DNA of 64,000 nt from Laetmonice hystrix. Its lineage: Eukaryota. Both the position numbers and the translations under genes were made by a program. Under the pieces are notes generated by a model. It was given only the letters and a program-made list of their open reading frames with translations, was not told where the DNA came from and made no database searches. This document shows positions 48,916 through 61,693 of the stretch, one piece after another (position 1 is the stretch's first letter; every line of letters begins with the position of its first letter). The stretch is from NCBI GenBank assembly GCA_965235115.1, contig OZ249442.1, positions 26,970,001 to 27,034,000 on the forward strand, written 5' to 3'.

Positions 48916-49775
48916 TACATAAGAATAATGCCCTTTTTATATTTACCTACTAAATATCACTCTATAATGTTAAATTTTAAAATTACTTGTTTCCTAACTT
49001 ATAAGCCCGTATTGGGCTGGGTGTATAAAGTTCAAATAACTGACATCTATATCAAGTTTATATTTATATTTACATCAATTTACGGGTTTCTTGTTACATA
49101 ATATTTGATACTATGAGCTGACACAAGTCACATGAATAATTACCTTACCTTACCTACTAATATCGACACGGCAACGAAACGGTATAGAACACGGCGGGGG
49201 GGGCAGGTATTGGGAAGTTTCCCAGTCATTTGGATGGACAGGAGGAACGTTATAGAAACATTTTGTGGGAGTTAGCATCCGCTATGATTGATACCAACAC
49301 ACAATCCTCACCGGCTCGCACCAGGTAACATTATACGGAGCGCCGACCGAGTGCGGGGTGCCAGTAAATCTTTTATGTTTTACTGCTCTCGGCGCAGTCG
49401 ATATGCACAATAAACTGCCAGGCTGACGTATATTAGGTGCTCGCCACGAGTACTCCAGCACCTTTATCACCACAGGAGGAATCTGACGGCGAGGGAAACT
49501 ATAGAAACCATCCTGATATTTGGAGTGAAACAGAGTAATTATTGAGTAAACCATGGAGATCATCGATAAGGAATGACAAATGACGTTCTCATCTAACTTT
49601 ATCTTCGATATTTTCCGTGGCTCAACTGATTATGTACTTGAATGAGTGCCGTAGAGTTTGTTAGAAGTATATTGACTACTTTACTACACTTATTATGGCC
49701 AAGCATTGTGTGGTTTTAACATGCCTTATCCATGATGTTGAATGTTTAGCGAGCATTATGCCCGCGGAGGGGGGC

Positions 49776-49789
49776 CCAGCAGGGGGCAC
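49776..49789 (+). promoter_or_regulatory. CTCF consensus motif
   Basis: CCAGCAGGGGGCAC, a near-perfect core. Confidence 0.45.
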
Positions 49790-50070
49790 TGAGGGGTTGG
49801 CATGTGTTTCTGGTACGAATATTGCCGCGTGTCACAGAGAAAGAGGACGCTCAGCGGAGGCCCCAAACTTCAAGACCAACCATCTAACGTTTCAGGACAA
49901 AGATCGGCTGACGATGAAAGGATGCATGCCGATATTCTTCTGTAGAAGGATATCAAAGGGTTCATTAAAAAAAGAATTAAAACTCGGTCTTGGGTTCCTG
50001 TTCTCAATTGTTGATATAAAGTAAAGGATATTCCGAGCAGACATTGGACGCTGAAGCGTTCCTAGAGGGG

Positions 50071-52025
50071 AATTGTACGAATGAAGGAAGAGGCATAATT
50101 GTATGAAGGAAGTGTCGGTAATTCTATGGAGGAAGTGGCAGTAATTGGAGGTGCCAGTAATTGAATGAAGGAAGTGGCAGTAATTGTATGGAGGAAGTCA
50201 GTAATTGTATGGAGGAAGTCAGTAATTGTATGAAGGAAGTGGCAGTAATTGTATGAAGGAAGTGGCAGTAATTGTATGGAGGAAGTGTCGGTAATTGTAT
50301 GGAGGAAGTGTCAGTAATTGTATGAAGGAAGTGTCAGTAATTGTATGAAGGAAGTGGCAGTAATTGTACGGAGAAAGTGGCAGTAATTGTATGAAGGAAG
50401 TGGCAGTAATTGTATGAAGGAAGTGTCAGTAATTGTGTGAAGGAAGTGTCAGTAATTGTATAGAGGAAGTGTCAGTAATTGTATGAAGGAAGTGTCAGTA
50501 ATTGTATGGAGGAAGTGTCAGTAATTGTATGGAGGAAGTCAGTAATTGTATGAAGGAAGTGTCAGTAATTGTATGAAGGAAGGGGCAGTAATTGTATGGA
50601 GGAAGTGGCAGTAATTGTATGGAGGAAGTGTCAGTAATTGTATGGAGGAAGTGGCAGTAATTGTATGAAGGAAGTGTCAGTAATTGTATGAAGAAAGTGG
50701 CAGTAATTGTATGAAGGAAGTGGCAGTAATTGTATGAAGGAAGTGGCAGTAATTGTATGAAGGAAGTGTCAGTAATTGTATGAAGGAAGTGGCAGTAATT
50801 GTACGGAGGAAGTGGCAGTAATTGTATGAAGGAAGTGGCAGTAATTGTATGAAGGAAGTGTCAGTAATTGTGTGAAGGAAGTGGCAGTAATTGTATGGAG
50901 GAAGTGGCAGTAATTGTATGAAGGAAGTGTCAGTAATTGTATGGAGGAAGTGTCAGTAATTGTATGGAGGAAGTCAGTAATTGTATGAAGGAAGTGTCAG
51001 TAATTGTATGAAGGAAGTGGCAGTAATTGTATGGAGGAAGTGGCAGTAATTGTATGGAGGAAGTGTCAGTAATTGTATGGAGGAAGTGGCAGTAATTGTA
51101 TGAAGGAAGTGTCAGTAATTGTATGAAGGAAGTGGCAGTAATTGTATGAAGGAAGTGGCAGTAATTGTATGAAGGAAGTGGCAGTAATTGTATGAAGGAA
51201 GTGTCAGTAATTGTATGAAGGAAGTGGCAGTAATTGTATGAAGGAAGTGGCAGTAATTGTATGAAGGAAGTGTCAGTAATTGTATGAAGGAAGTGTCAGT
51301 AATTGTATAGAGGAAGTGTCAGTAATTGTATGAAGGAAGTCAGTAATTGTATTGAGGAAGTGTCAGTAATTGTATGGAGGAAGTGTCAGTAATTGTATGA
51401 AGGAAGTGTCAGTAATTGTATGGAGGAAGTGTCAGTAATTGTATGGAGGAAGTCAGTAATTGTATGAAGGAAGTGGCAGTAATTGTATGAAGGAAGTGGC
51501 AGTAATTGTATGGAGGAAGTGTCAGTAATTGTATGAAGGAAGTGGCAGTAATTGTATGGAGGAAGTGTCAGTAATTGTATGGAGGAAGTGTCAGTAATTG
51601 TATGAAGGAAGTGGCAGTAATTGTATGAAGGAAGTGTCAGTAATTGTATGAAGGAAGTGTCAGTAATTGTATGAAGGAAGTGTCAGTAAGTGTATGAAGG
51701 AAGTGTCAGTAATTGTATGAAGGAAGTCAGTAATTGTATGGAGGAAGTTAGTAATTGCATGAAGGAAGTCAGTAATTGTATGAAGGAAGTGTCAGTAATT
51801 GTACGGAGGAAGTGTCAGTAATTGTATGGAGGAAGTGTCAGTAATTGTATGGAGGAAGTGGCAGTAATTGTATGGAGGAAGAGTCAGTAATTGTATGGAG
51901 GAAGTGTCGGTAATTGTATGGAGGAAGTGGCAGTAATTGTATGAAGGAAGTGGCAGTAATTGTATGAAGGAAGTGGCAGTAATTGTATGGAGGAAGTGTC
52001 AGTAATTGTATGGAGGAAGTGTCAG
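50071..52025. repeat. Minisatellite, 21/23-bp unit x~85
   Basis: GTAATTGTATG(A/G)AGGAAGTG(T/G)CA. Confidence 0.98.
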
Positions 52026-52048
52026 GATGTCACCAAATTACACCTTAA

Positions 52049-52621
52049 AGGGAAATGTGAGTGTTCGAATCCACCACTAGAATTTCCAAAATATTTTTAT
52101 GGGGGATAGCCTTTGTCCTTAGGAGTACAAAGAAACAAAAAAAAATCATATGTCACCGAATTAGATTTTTTTATACAGGCCTCCGTAAAAAAAGGGTCTT
52201 TACTATAGGTTTCAATGGGAAAAACAGGATTTTTCAGACATTTTGACTAATAGTTAAAAAATGACCACCAATTTTCTCCTGAAACTCGGTGACAAGATAA
52301 AGTGGATCAAGACTAATAGTTTAAAACAAAAAAAAATGGGGGTCACCGAATCAACAAAAAAGTTACAGCCTGCCAAACAGTCAGTGCCTTGGTAAAACAC
52401 GGGTCTTAACTATAGCATTCAATGGAGTAGACAGGTTCTGGCACACAGTTTGGTTCATTGTTTAAAAAATACTACTGATTTCCAGATCAAACTAGTTGAC
52501 TGCATAAATAAGCCAAACAGTTTTCTTTTAAAGCTCACTACGCGGCGCTTTGAATACTCACATTTTCCCCGTGGTACCAACGCGGCTCACTAGGTGGCGC
52601 TTTGAACACTCACATTTCCCT
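52049..52621. mobile_element. Kolobok-like MITE, TTAA TSD (573 bp)
   Basis: TTAA|AGGGAAATGTGAGTGTTCGAA ... TTGAACACTCACATTTCCCT|TTAA (21-bp TIR, 1 mismatch); internal duplicate of the right end at about 52543-52570. Confidence 0.85.
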
Positions 52622-53606
52622 TTAAATATCAAAGTTTTCCGGGGGCATGTCCCTGGACGCCCCCCGGACCCCCTAGCAAAAGGACGGACAGCCGACGATG
52701 ACGTCCGATCGTAAACAAGAGAGAACACGTACTGTCCTGACCCCAGTCCTCGTACACGAACATCGGATTCATACATCATGGTGTATTTCAATCTATACAC
52801 TGTCCCGATCTGTAATTATACAGCGATCGGTCTGCGCAGGATCAGGCTCATATCTCCCCAGGACTCAATGTTTATAACTGTATATAATTAGAATCAAGAG
52901 AACGCCCCAGCTAAAGAATATCTACCCGGACAATATATATTGATACGAACAGCAATTCGAGAAAACAGCCAACCTGATCATCTTACGCTTCCATTTATAT
53001 CCTGTTTTCCCTGAACACCACGTGCATGCTGACTTGGACACTGTCGTGGCATGTCAGATCCTTGCGCCGGGTAATACGATAGCCTTTTGTCCAGATCACA
53101 CAATGCATGCTGGGGAGGGTATTATGACAACATATTGATGTCCGAAATATGACTATCTGGTGGAAATGTATTTCCATGGCTGTGTAGGCCTATAGGTCAT
53201 GTTTTTATGGTGGACAGTATACCGCTTCTGTGTTGTTAATACACACATTCTTGTGTCTAACAACACGGTACCCTAATAGGGTCAGAATGTCAGATTGTAT
53301 ACTTCATGCTCTGGTCTATACCCCAGAAACGGGACAAGCTGTCACTCGCTCCCGCTCAGTCCACAGAGGCAGTCAAACATGATCAATATCCGTGTTATAT
53401 ATTATCCTCCGCTAGCGTGTATATCTACTCTAACCACCACATAAAGTTTTATTATCTGTATCTTCATACTGTTAATGGAATAGACGTAATGTGCCAGCTT
53501 ACAGGACATACAAATTAACAAATACAAATTAACCTAATCACAGCCTTTATCAGAGTCTGCCGACAATGACTTCCGGTGAGAATCCATCTTCTGGCGTTAA
53601 CACCAT

Positions 53607-54181
53607 CCTGCTCTATCGATGAGTTCTCTATTGAAAACTAACTCCCAGCAGTGACAGAGACCCTGCTCTATCGATGAGTTCTCTATTGAAAACTAACTCC
53701 CAGCAGTGACAGAGGCCCTGCTCTATCGATGAGTTCTCTACTGACACCTCCCAGCAGTGACGGAGGCCCTGCTCTATCGATGAGTTCTCTACTGACACCT
53801 CCCAGCAGTGACGGAGGCCCTGCTCTATCGATGAGTTCTCTACTGACACCTCCCAGCAGTGACGGAGGCCCTGCTCTATCGATGAGTTCTCTACTGACAA
53901 CTCCCAGCAGTGACGGAGGCCCTGCTCTATCGATGAGTTCTCTATTGATCAACTCCCAGCAGTGACAAAGGCCCTGCTCTATCGATGAGTTCTCTATTGA
54001 TCAACTCCCAGCAGTGACAGAGGCCCTGCTCTATCGATGAGTTCTCTATTGAAAACTAACTTTCAGCAGTGACAGATGTCCTGCTCTATCGATGAGTTCT
54101 CTATTGATCAACTCCCAGCAGTGACGTAGGCCCTGCTCTATCGATGAGTTCTCTATTGACAACTCCCAGCAGTGACGGAGG
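53607..54181. repeat. Minisatellite, 51-55-bp unit x~11
   Basis: CCCTGCTCTATCGATGAGTTCTCTA(T/C)TGA...CTCCCAGCAGTGAC(A/G)GAGG. Confidence 0.96.
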
Positions 54182-55307
54182 GGGACCCACGGTAGACCAC
54201 AAAGTGAAAAAGATGGTCAATAAATCAAAGTCCTTGATCTAATTAAATGGGGTATCCGGTTCGGCAAAGCACATTTCGCCCAGTAGCCGCGATGAAGTTT
54301 ACCGAGAGAGACACATGTACATACCACAATGTGCTGTCAGTCGATTTGATGGCTACACGACATTTGAAAACATTCATATGGCACAGAATCCCCAGCTAAT
54401 TACGAAAGACGACAGTGCCGTTGCTATGGATTTGTTTATGCCTACATTCAGTAGACGAGCTGTGATTGTCGACAAAATCAGACTTCAGTTGGTATAGGCA
54501 ACCACCGTGTAATAGAAGAGACTAATGAGACAGAGCGTTTACTTTTGTTCTGTGTAGTTCATTAGCGAGACCCGTCGACTTACAGTGCCTTTGTTTAATT
54601 ACGGATGTACATCGAAATGTACATATTTCCACACTGGGGATGAGTAGGTGGGATGTCATAGCTTTAGTTTATTGCGATGATCTTAGATGACAGGGAGGGT
54701 TTGCTGAAAAAAATAATCAAAATGTTAAGAGATCCCACATGGAAATCGGTCTATTCCTAGACCATTGTCCATGTCTTATTGTAGGTAACATCCCCGCGGA
54801 GAATGAAAATAACATTGGTCCTACTTCTGTTACAAGAAAAGGAACAGTATAGTCCTACATGTTTATTCTCTACTCTAGGGGGTCTCCCCTTTAAGAAAGT
54901 CCACGGAGTGCGCCAGGCAGCTCGTTCCATACTTTCCCCCCAGTGAAGCACCCACACCCCGTTAAAGGGATGGAAAACACCCACGGCAAATAAGGTTTCG
55001 TAGACCAAATGAAACACCAGCATTTACCGCAGGGCAATAAATGCCACAATTACGTTGTCTGAATGAAGTAATTAACGTGTAACTGTCCGATGTGTGACGC
55101 CGCTGGTTCTGACCTTGACCTGCTGGTGTGTTCATCACCTCGGACGTTTACATACGTTGGGACTGTGGTGTGTGTTGGGTATTGACCGCGCCTGGATCTA
55201 CCATGTCATCAGGCTTGGTGTCCCCTAACCGCAAATAATAACCCTCTATACATGATTATAAAGACCATGTAGGAATGATCCTCAATTGTAAGAATGTGCG
55301 TTATATA

Positions 55308-55379
55308 TCCCAGGTGGTCTAGTGGTTAGGATTTGACGCTCTCACCGTCAAGGCCGGGGTTCGATTCCCCGTCTGGGAA
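55308..55379 (+). tRNA. tRNA-Glu(CTC), copy 1
   Basis: 72 nt: acceptor TCCCAGG/TCTGGGA, anticodon arm TGACG-CTCTCAC-CGTCA, T arm CGGGG-TTCGATT-CCCCG, oligo-T terminator at 55384-55390. Confidence 0.96.
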
Positions 55380-55590
55380 GGGATTTTTTTGTCGAAATAT
55401 GAACTGTACAAATCTACAGCCGCACATCTTATTCCACGTTTTTATAACGTGTTGGGTATTGACGTCGCCTGGATCCACTATGTCATCATGCGTGGTGTCC
55501 CCTAACAGCAAATATAACCCTCTATGCATGATTCAGGATTGTAAAGACCATGTTGGAATGATCTTAAATTGATAGTCGTCTTTTCATATA

Positions 55591-55662
55591 TCCCAGGTGG
55601 TCTAGTGGTTAGGATTTGACGCTCTCACCGTCAAGGCCGGGGTTCGATTCCCCGTCTGGGAA
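55591..55662 (+). tRNA. tRNA-Glu(CTC), copy 2
   Basis: Identical to copy 1; T6 terminator at 55671-55676. Confidence 0.96.
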
Positions 55663-56154
55663 AGCAAATATTTTTTCGAAACTATAGGGCCTATAAATCT
55701 ACCGGCCGATATCTCATTCCACATTTGACCTCGAGTCTACTCGTCTTTGAGAAGACACTTTGGTGCAGCAGTGTCTGATTCAATGTAATATTTTGTGCTT
55801 AACAAAAAATAAATTTAAACCTGTTTTAAAGTAAAGGCCTACATATTTATATTTTACTCGACATTTCCCTATGCTTAAAAGGAGAATACCCAAGTCCAGC
55901 GAGTAAAACAGGGTAGTGGTATGATCGTTCCCTTTGCTCTATTACCAATTTGATATTGGCGTGCACTTTTCCGACCAGACCCGACTAGACAAGTGCTGTG
56001 GTCTGTTTTGGGTATTGACCGCGCCTGGATCTACCATGTCATCAGGCTTGGTGTCCCCTCACCGCAAATAATAACCCTCTATACATGATTATAAAGACCA
56101 TGTAGGAATGATCCTCAATTGTACGTTGGATGTGCGTTGGATATGCGTTGGGTA

Positions 56155-56226
56155 TCCCAGGTGGTCTAGTGGTTAGGATTTGACGCTCTCACCGTCAAGG
56201 CCGGGGTTCGATTCCCCGTCTGGGAA
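56155..56226 (+). tRNA. tRNA-Glu(CTC), copy 3
   Basis: Identical to copy 1; T4 run about 9 nt downstream. Confidence 0.96.
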
Positions 56227-56529
56227 GAGAAATATTTTGTCGAAATTTAAACAGCATTAACAGTATTGAGAAGGCAGTTTGGTGCAGCGTCTGAGTCAAA
56301 GTAATATTTTGTGCTTTACAAAAGAGAAAATTCACACCCTTTTATAGTAGAGGCCTACATGTTTATTATCTATTCGACGTGTTCTCACATGTAGAAGGAG
56401 AATATCCCAGTCTAATGAGTAAACAGGGCACTGGTGGCAGAGATCACCATTTGCTATATGAGCAAATATTGGCGTGCGCTTTCACGACCAGACCAGTGCT
56501 GGAATGATCTTAAATTGTAAGACTAGGTA

Positions 56530-56601
56530 TCCCAGGTGGTCTAGTGGTTAGGATTTGACGCTCTCACCGTCAAGGCCGGGGTTCGATTCCCCGTCTGGGA
56601 A
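56530..56601 (+). tRNA. tRNA-Glu(CTC), copy 4
   Basis: Identical to copy 1; oligo-T terminator at about 56606-56613. Confidence 0.96.
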
Positions 56602-56912
56602 TGGATTTTTTTTGTCGAAATTTAAATTCGTATTGATCTTAACAGGCCTATTACACGTTTGTTCTCTAGTCTACTCACCTTTGAGAAGACAATTTGGTGC
56701 AGCAGCGATTCAATATAATATTTTGTGTTTTAGAGTGGGCCGGGCCCTCGGCTCATGTCCCCATTGGTAGCTAGGCCTACGCTTATCTTTTAAGAAATAG
56801 CAAGATACGTTTGAAATACTGAAATACTATCTCCGTTACATAACAAGAACTTTGTATGTATCGGTTGTTGCTACCTGGTACATCCCGTGCAGATTTATTA
56901 ACTGTGAAATGT

Positions 56913-57079
56913 ACGGAGCCCTGTTAGGGACATGAAGACACACAATTAGTTTCAAGGAAAAATATTTGTGGTGATCTCGTAATAACGACTTAGTGACGTC
57001 ATTAATTTGTTATTACGAGATAACAATTTTTTCTCTCTGAAACCATTGTTTTTCCTTCATGTCCCCAACAGGGCTCCGT
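56913..57079. mobile_element. MITE (167 bp) with ~25-bp TIRs and an 8-bp TSD-like duplication
   Basis: ACGGAGCCCTGTTAGGGACATGAAG / CTTCATGTCCCCAACAGGGCTCCGT; flanks TGAAATGT (56905-56912) and TGAAATGC (57080-57087). Confidence 0.8.
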
Positions 57080-57273
57080 TGAAATGCGTCTATACCACGA
57101 TATTTTTATTTTTTTGAAACGCATTCTTTGTTTCTCGCTTCACATATTATGTTTGCCAGTTGATACAATTTTATTAAATATCTATTATCTAATGCACCGT
57201 TTTGAGGCCTAGAAATTGATACCTAGGGTACATTATGGTCGTTCAGGGTAGTTAGATGGTCTGCCAGATTATT

Positions 57274-57394
57274 AACAGGAAGTGACGTATACAGTCCACG
57301 TGACTGGTAACAGGAAGTGACGTATACAGGAAGTGACGTATACAGTCCACGTGACTGGTAACAGGAAGTGACGTATACAGTCCACGTGACTGGT
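57274..57394. repeat. Short irregular tandem repeat of TF motifs (ETS/CRE-half + E-box)
   Basis: CAGGAAGTGACGTATA x4 interleaved with CAGTCCACGTGACTGGT x3. Confidence 0.85.
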
Positions 57395-57448
57395 AAGTTC
57401 AAGATTACTGCACCGGTAACAATCGCCGGAAGTATTTCAACTCGGACC

Positions 57449-58786
57449 AGTGAGTAGTGAATGGGATTCGAGGATCCAGAGTGAGTAGTGAATGGGATTC
57501 GAGGATCCAGAGTGAGTAGTGGATGGGATTCGAGGATCCAGAGTGAGTAGTGAATGGGATTCGAGGATCTAGAGTGAGTAGTGAATGGGATTCGAGGATC
57601 CAGAGTGAGTAGTGAATGGGATTCGAGGATCCAGAGTGAGTAGTGAATGGGATTCGAGGATCCAGAGTGAGTAGTGAATGGGATTCGAGGATCCAGAGTG
57701 AGTAGTGAATGGGATTCGAGGATCCAGAGTGAGTAGTGAATGGGATTCGAGGATCCAGAGTGAGTAGTGAATGGGATTCGAGGATCCAGAGTGAGTAGTG
57801 AATGGGATTCGAGGATCCAGAGTGAGTAGTGAATGGGATTCGAGGATCCAGAGTGAGTAGTGAATGGGATTCGAGGATCCAGAGTGAGTAGTGAATGGGA
57901 TTCGAGGATCCAGAGTGAGTAGTGAATGGGATTCGAGGATCCAGAGTGAGTAGTGAATGGGATTCGAGGATCCAGAGTGAGTAGTGGATGGGATTCGAGG
58001 ATCCAGAGTGAGTAGTGAATGGGATTCGAGGATCTAGAGTGAGTAGTGAATGGGATTCGAGGATCCAGAGTGAGTAGTGAATGGGATTCGAGGATCCAGA
58101 GTGAGTAGTGAATGGGATTCGAGGATCCAGAAACAGTGAGTAGTGAATGGGATTCGAGGATCCAGAAACAGTGAGTAGTGGATGGGATTCGAGGATCCAG
58201 AAACAGTGAGTAGTGAATGGGATTCGAGGATCCAGAAACAGTGAGTAGTGAATGGGATTCGAGGATCCAGAAACAGTGAGTAGTGAATGGGATTCGAGGA
58301 TCCAGAAACAGTGAGTAGTGGATGGGATTCGAGGATCCAGAAACAGTGAGTAGTGGATGGGATTCGAGGATCCAGAAACAGTGAGTAGTGGATGGGATTC
58401 GAGGATCCAGAAACAGTGAGTAGTGGATGGGATTGAAGGATCCAGAAACAGTGAGTAGTGGATGGGATTCGAGGATCCTAAAACAGTGAGTAGTGGATGG
58501 GATTCGAGGATCCAGAAACAGTGAGTAGTGGATGGGATTGAAGGATCCAGAAACAGTGAGTAGTGGATGGGATTGAAGGATCCAGAAACAGTGAGTAGTG
58601 GATGGGATTCGAGGATCCTGAAACAGTGAGTAGTGAATGGGATTCGAGGATCCTGAAACAGTGAGAAGTGAGTGGGATTCGAGGATCCAGATTGAGTAGT
58701 GAATGGGATTCGAGGATCCAGAGTGAGTAGTGGATGGGATTCGAGGATCCAGAGTGAGTAGTGAGTGGGATTCGAGGATCCAGAGT
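57449..58786. repeat. Minisatellite with 31-bp and 35-bp blocks (~41 units)
   Basis: GAGTGAGTAGTGAATGGGATTCGAGGATCCA x~22, then GAAACAGTGAGTAGTG(G/A)ATGGGATTCGAGGATCCA x~16 (58130-58689), then 31-bp x3; explains the 550-aa and 488-aa ORFs. Confidence 0.98.
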
Positions 58787-59224
58787 CTGATGGGAATGGC
58801 CATAACAACACTCCGTGGATGGCTTCGTGAGGAGTGCTTGGTGTGACTGTCATGCCGGGAATTGTTGACAATCAATTTTCCGCGTTGTTGGTTAAAGGGT
58901 CAAGACTGGTCGCTTTAGTTGCTAAATGGTAGCGACCCCTGGCGGGCGACGAATGTCTGTATCGGCATTCCTTCCATCAATAGGCGCGTGTCTCGGCAGG
59001 TGGCTGTCGTAAGTCGATAAGACTGGGGAACAAAATGTCAACTTCGATTTGCCGGTGATCAATGCTATCGTCCCCGCTCATAGTTTGCATGCCGTGGTAC
59101 TCGCCAACCAACGGTCCCAAACTGATCGGACATTCTCAACACCTTTAACGTCTAAGACATAATTGCCATTAGTGGCCCAGTGACTGTTTACTTGGACGTA
59201 CGTGAACACGAGCGGTTCACTACG

Positions 59225-60140
59225 CCATGAGACCTGATATCACTACGCCGTCACTACCACACCATGAGATATCACTACACCGTCACTACTACACCATGAG
59301 ATATCACTACACCGTCACTACTACACCATGAGATATCACTACACCGTCACTACTACACCATGAGATATCACTACACCGTCACTACTACACCATGAGATAT
59401 CACTACACCGTCACTACTACACCATGAGATATCACTACTACACCATGAGATATCACTACACCGTCACTACTACACCATGAGATATCACTACACCGTCACT
59501 ACTACACCATGAGATATCACTACACCGTCACTACTACACCATGAGATATCACTACACCGTCACTACTACACCATGAGATATCACTACACCGTCACTACCA
59601 CACCATGAGACATTACTACACCGTCACTACCACACCATGAGATATCACTACACCGTCACTACTACACCATGAGATATCACTACACCGTCACTACTACACC
59701 ATGAGATATCACTACACCGTCACTACTACACCATGAGATATCACTACACCGTCACTACTACACCATGAGATATCACTACTACACCATGAGATATCACTAC
59801 ACCGTCACTACTACACCATGAGATATCACTACACCGTCACTACTACACCATGAGATATCACTACACCGTCACTACCACACCATGAGATATCACTACACCG
59901 TCACTACTACACCATGAGATATCACTACACCGTCACTACTACACCATGAGATATCACTACACCGTCACTACTACACCATGAGATATCACTACGCCGTCAC
60001 TACTACACCATAAGATATCACTACGCCGTCACTACTACACCATTATATATCACTACGCCGTCACTACTACACCATGAGATATCACTACGCCGTCACTACC
60101 ACACCATGAGATGTCACTACTACACCATGAGATATCACTG
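59225..60140. repeat. Minisatellite, 32-bp unit (occasional 21-bp variant) x~29
   Basis: CCATGAGATATCACTACACCGTCACTACTACA. Confidence 0.97.
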
Positions 60141-61167
60141 TAGTTCATCAGACACAAGATTATTATATATTTGATCATAATCTCCGTTTTAACTTGAGCT
60201 TGAGCGTGGATAGTGGTCTCGAAACGGAAGTCATGTGTGGCCATGGTAACCAGCCATTCCACAACATGTCCAAACTCCCAGACGTCCTATATTTTCCCAT
60301 TATTCCTATATTATTTATAGGATCCTATAAAACTCTTTTCATTTCCATTCAGTGTCATTTGCCGATGAGTATAAATGTTTAATTTGTTTTCTGATCTATA
60401 CTTGTAGCGAAGGCAGCCAACCAGTCTAATATCCATGTGATGCTCTGAATACTGCACATCTGTATCATCAGATACTGGAGATGAAACAAGGTGGGCCTAC
60501 TAATATCAGAGTATTGTCAGTACAGGTATGGACGGCATACAAGCCTTGGAAAGTTGGCACACAAAGTAATATCCATGATACACCGGTATAGTATCTTGTA
60601 TCTTGTTGACAATTAAGTTAAGGTAATGCCATCATAAAACAGCAAATGTTGTATGGCGTTTGTATGTAGAATGCTTATGAATAATCCAAATATTTCTATG
60701 AATATCTTATATTTAACCTTAAAATTCCTATAAAACTCCTATACATGTATCTAAAAGGGATGGGAAGCCTGCTTATTCTTTGATACGTATTACTCATAGC
60801 AGTTGAGCATTCTGTACATCTTCTGGATATAATATTACCAGTTCCTATTTACCTGCAGGGACGGATCGGGGAGAAGGGTTACGGGGGCTACGAAGTTTTT
60901 CTCTTTTTTTCCTGGTTCAAACCAGAAAGGTTCAAACCAACCATACCCCTCCCCCCTTGGCACCATACCCCTCCCCCTCGGCGACAACCTGGCTCAGCCC
61001 CTTGGTACTGTATCAGTCATAGTGGAAAACTGTAACATGTAAGAGAGCGTTACGGAAAATGTTTCAGTCAGGTTTAAGGTGTCGCTGAGAATGTGTGTCT
61101 TTGAGCAGAGAGCACCCATCGCATGTTCGAGGTTGGGGCAGGCGTACCAGCAGATACAGAGTCTGTG

Positions 61168-61693
61168 CCTGTACACGGCACTAGTTGCCTGTACACGGCG
61201 CCGGTCGCCTGTACACGGCGCCGGTCGCCTGTACACGGCGCCGGTCGCCTGTACACGGCACCGGTCGCCTGTACACGGCGCCGGTCGCCTGTACACGGCA
61301 CCGGTCGCCTGTACACGGCACCGGTCGCCTCTACACGGCACCGGTCGCCTCTACACGGCACCGGTCGCATGTACACGGCGCCGGTCGCCTTTACACGGCA
61401 CCGGTCGCCTCTACACGGCACGGGTCGCCTGTACACGGCACCGGTCGTCTGTACACGGCATCGGTCGCGTCTACACGGCACCGGTCGCCTGTACACGGCA
61501 CCGGTCGCATGTACACGGCACGGGTCGCCTGTACACGGCACCGGTCGCCTCTACACGGCACCGGTCGACTGTACACGGCACCGGTCGCCTCTACACGGCA
61601 CCGGTCGCCTGTACACGGCACCGGTCGCCTGTATACGGCACGGGTCGCATGTACACGGCACCGGTCGCCTCTACACGGCACCGGTCGCCTACA
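61168..61693. repeat. Minisatellite, 20-bp GC-rich unit x26
   Basis: CCTGTACACGGCACCGGTCG; explains the six overlapping ORFs at 60994-61852. Confidence 0.97.

Noticed and set aside
49310-49500. Minus-strand exon-like segment IPPVVIKVLEYSWRAPNIRQPG resembling a RhoGAP start
   Set aside because: The catalytic G(I/L)FRxxG arginine motif is absent and no other exons were found.
53110-53188. Minus frame PTQPWKYISTR*SYFGHQYVVII resembling a Gypsy integrase core start
   Set aside because: About 25 residues with a stop, no D,D-35-E continuation and no LTRs.
57223-58875. 550-aa and 488-aa ORFs, plus similar long ORFs at 3624-4184, 8093-9178, 17417-17865, 28918-30105, 47106-47727, 53628-53965 and 60994-61852
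   Set aside because: They are translations of minisatellites with no stop in some frames. Unit lengths are mostly not multiples of 3 and several frames are open at once.
58893-59206. TTAA-bounded segment as a further Kolobok-like MITE
   Set aside because: The ends share only AGG; there is no convincing TIR.
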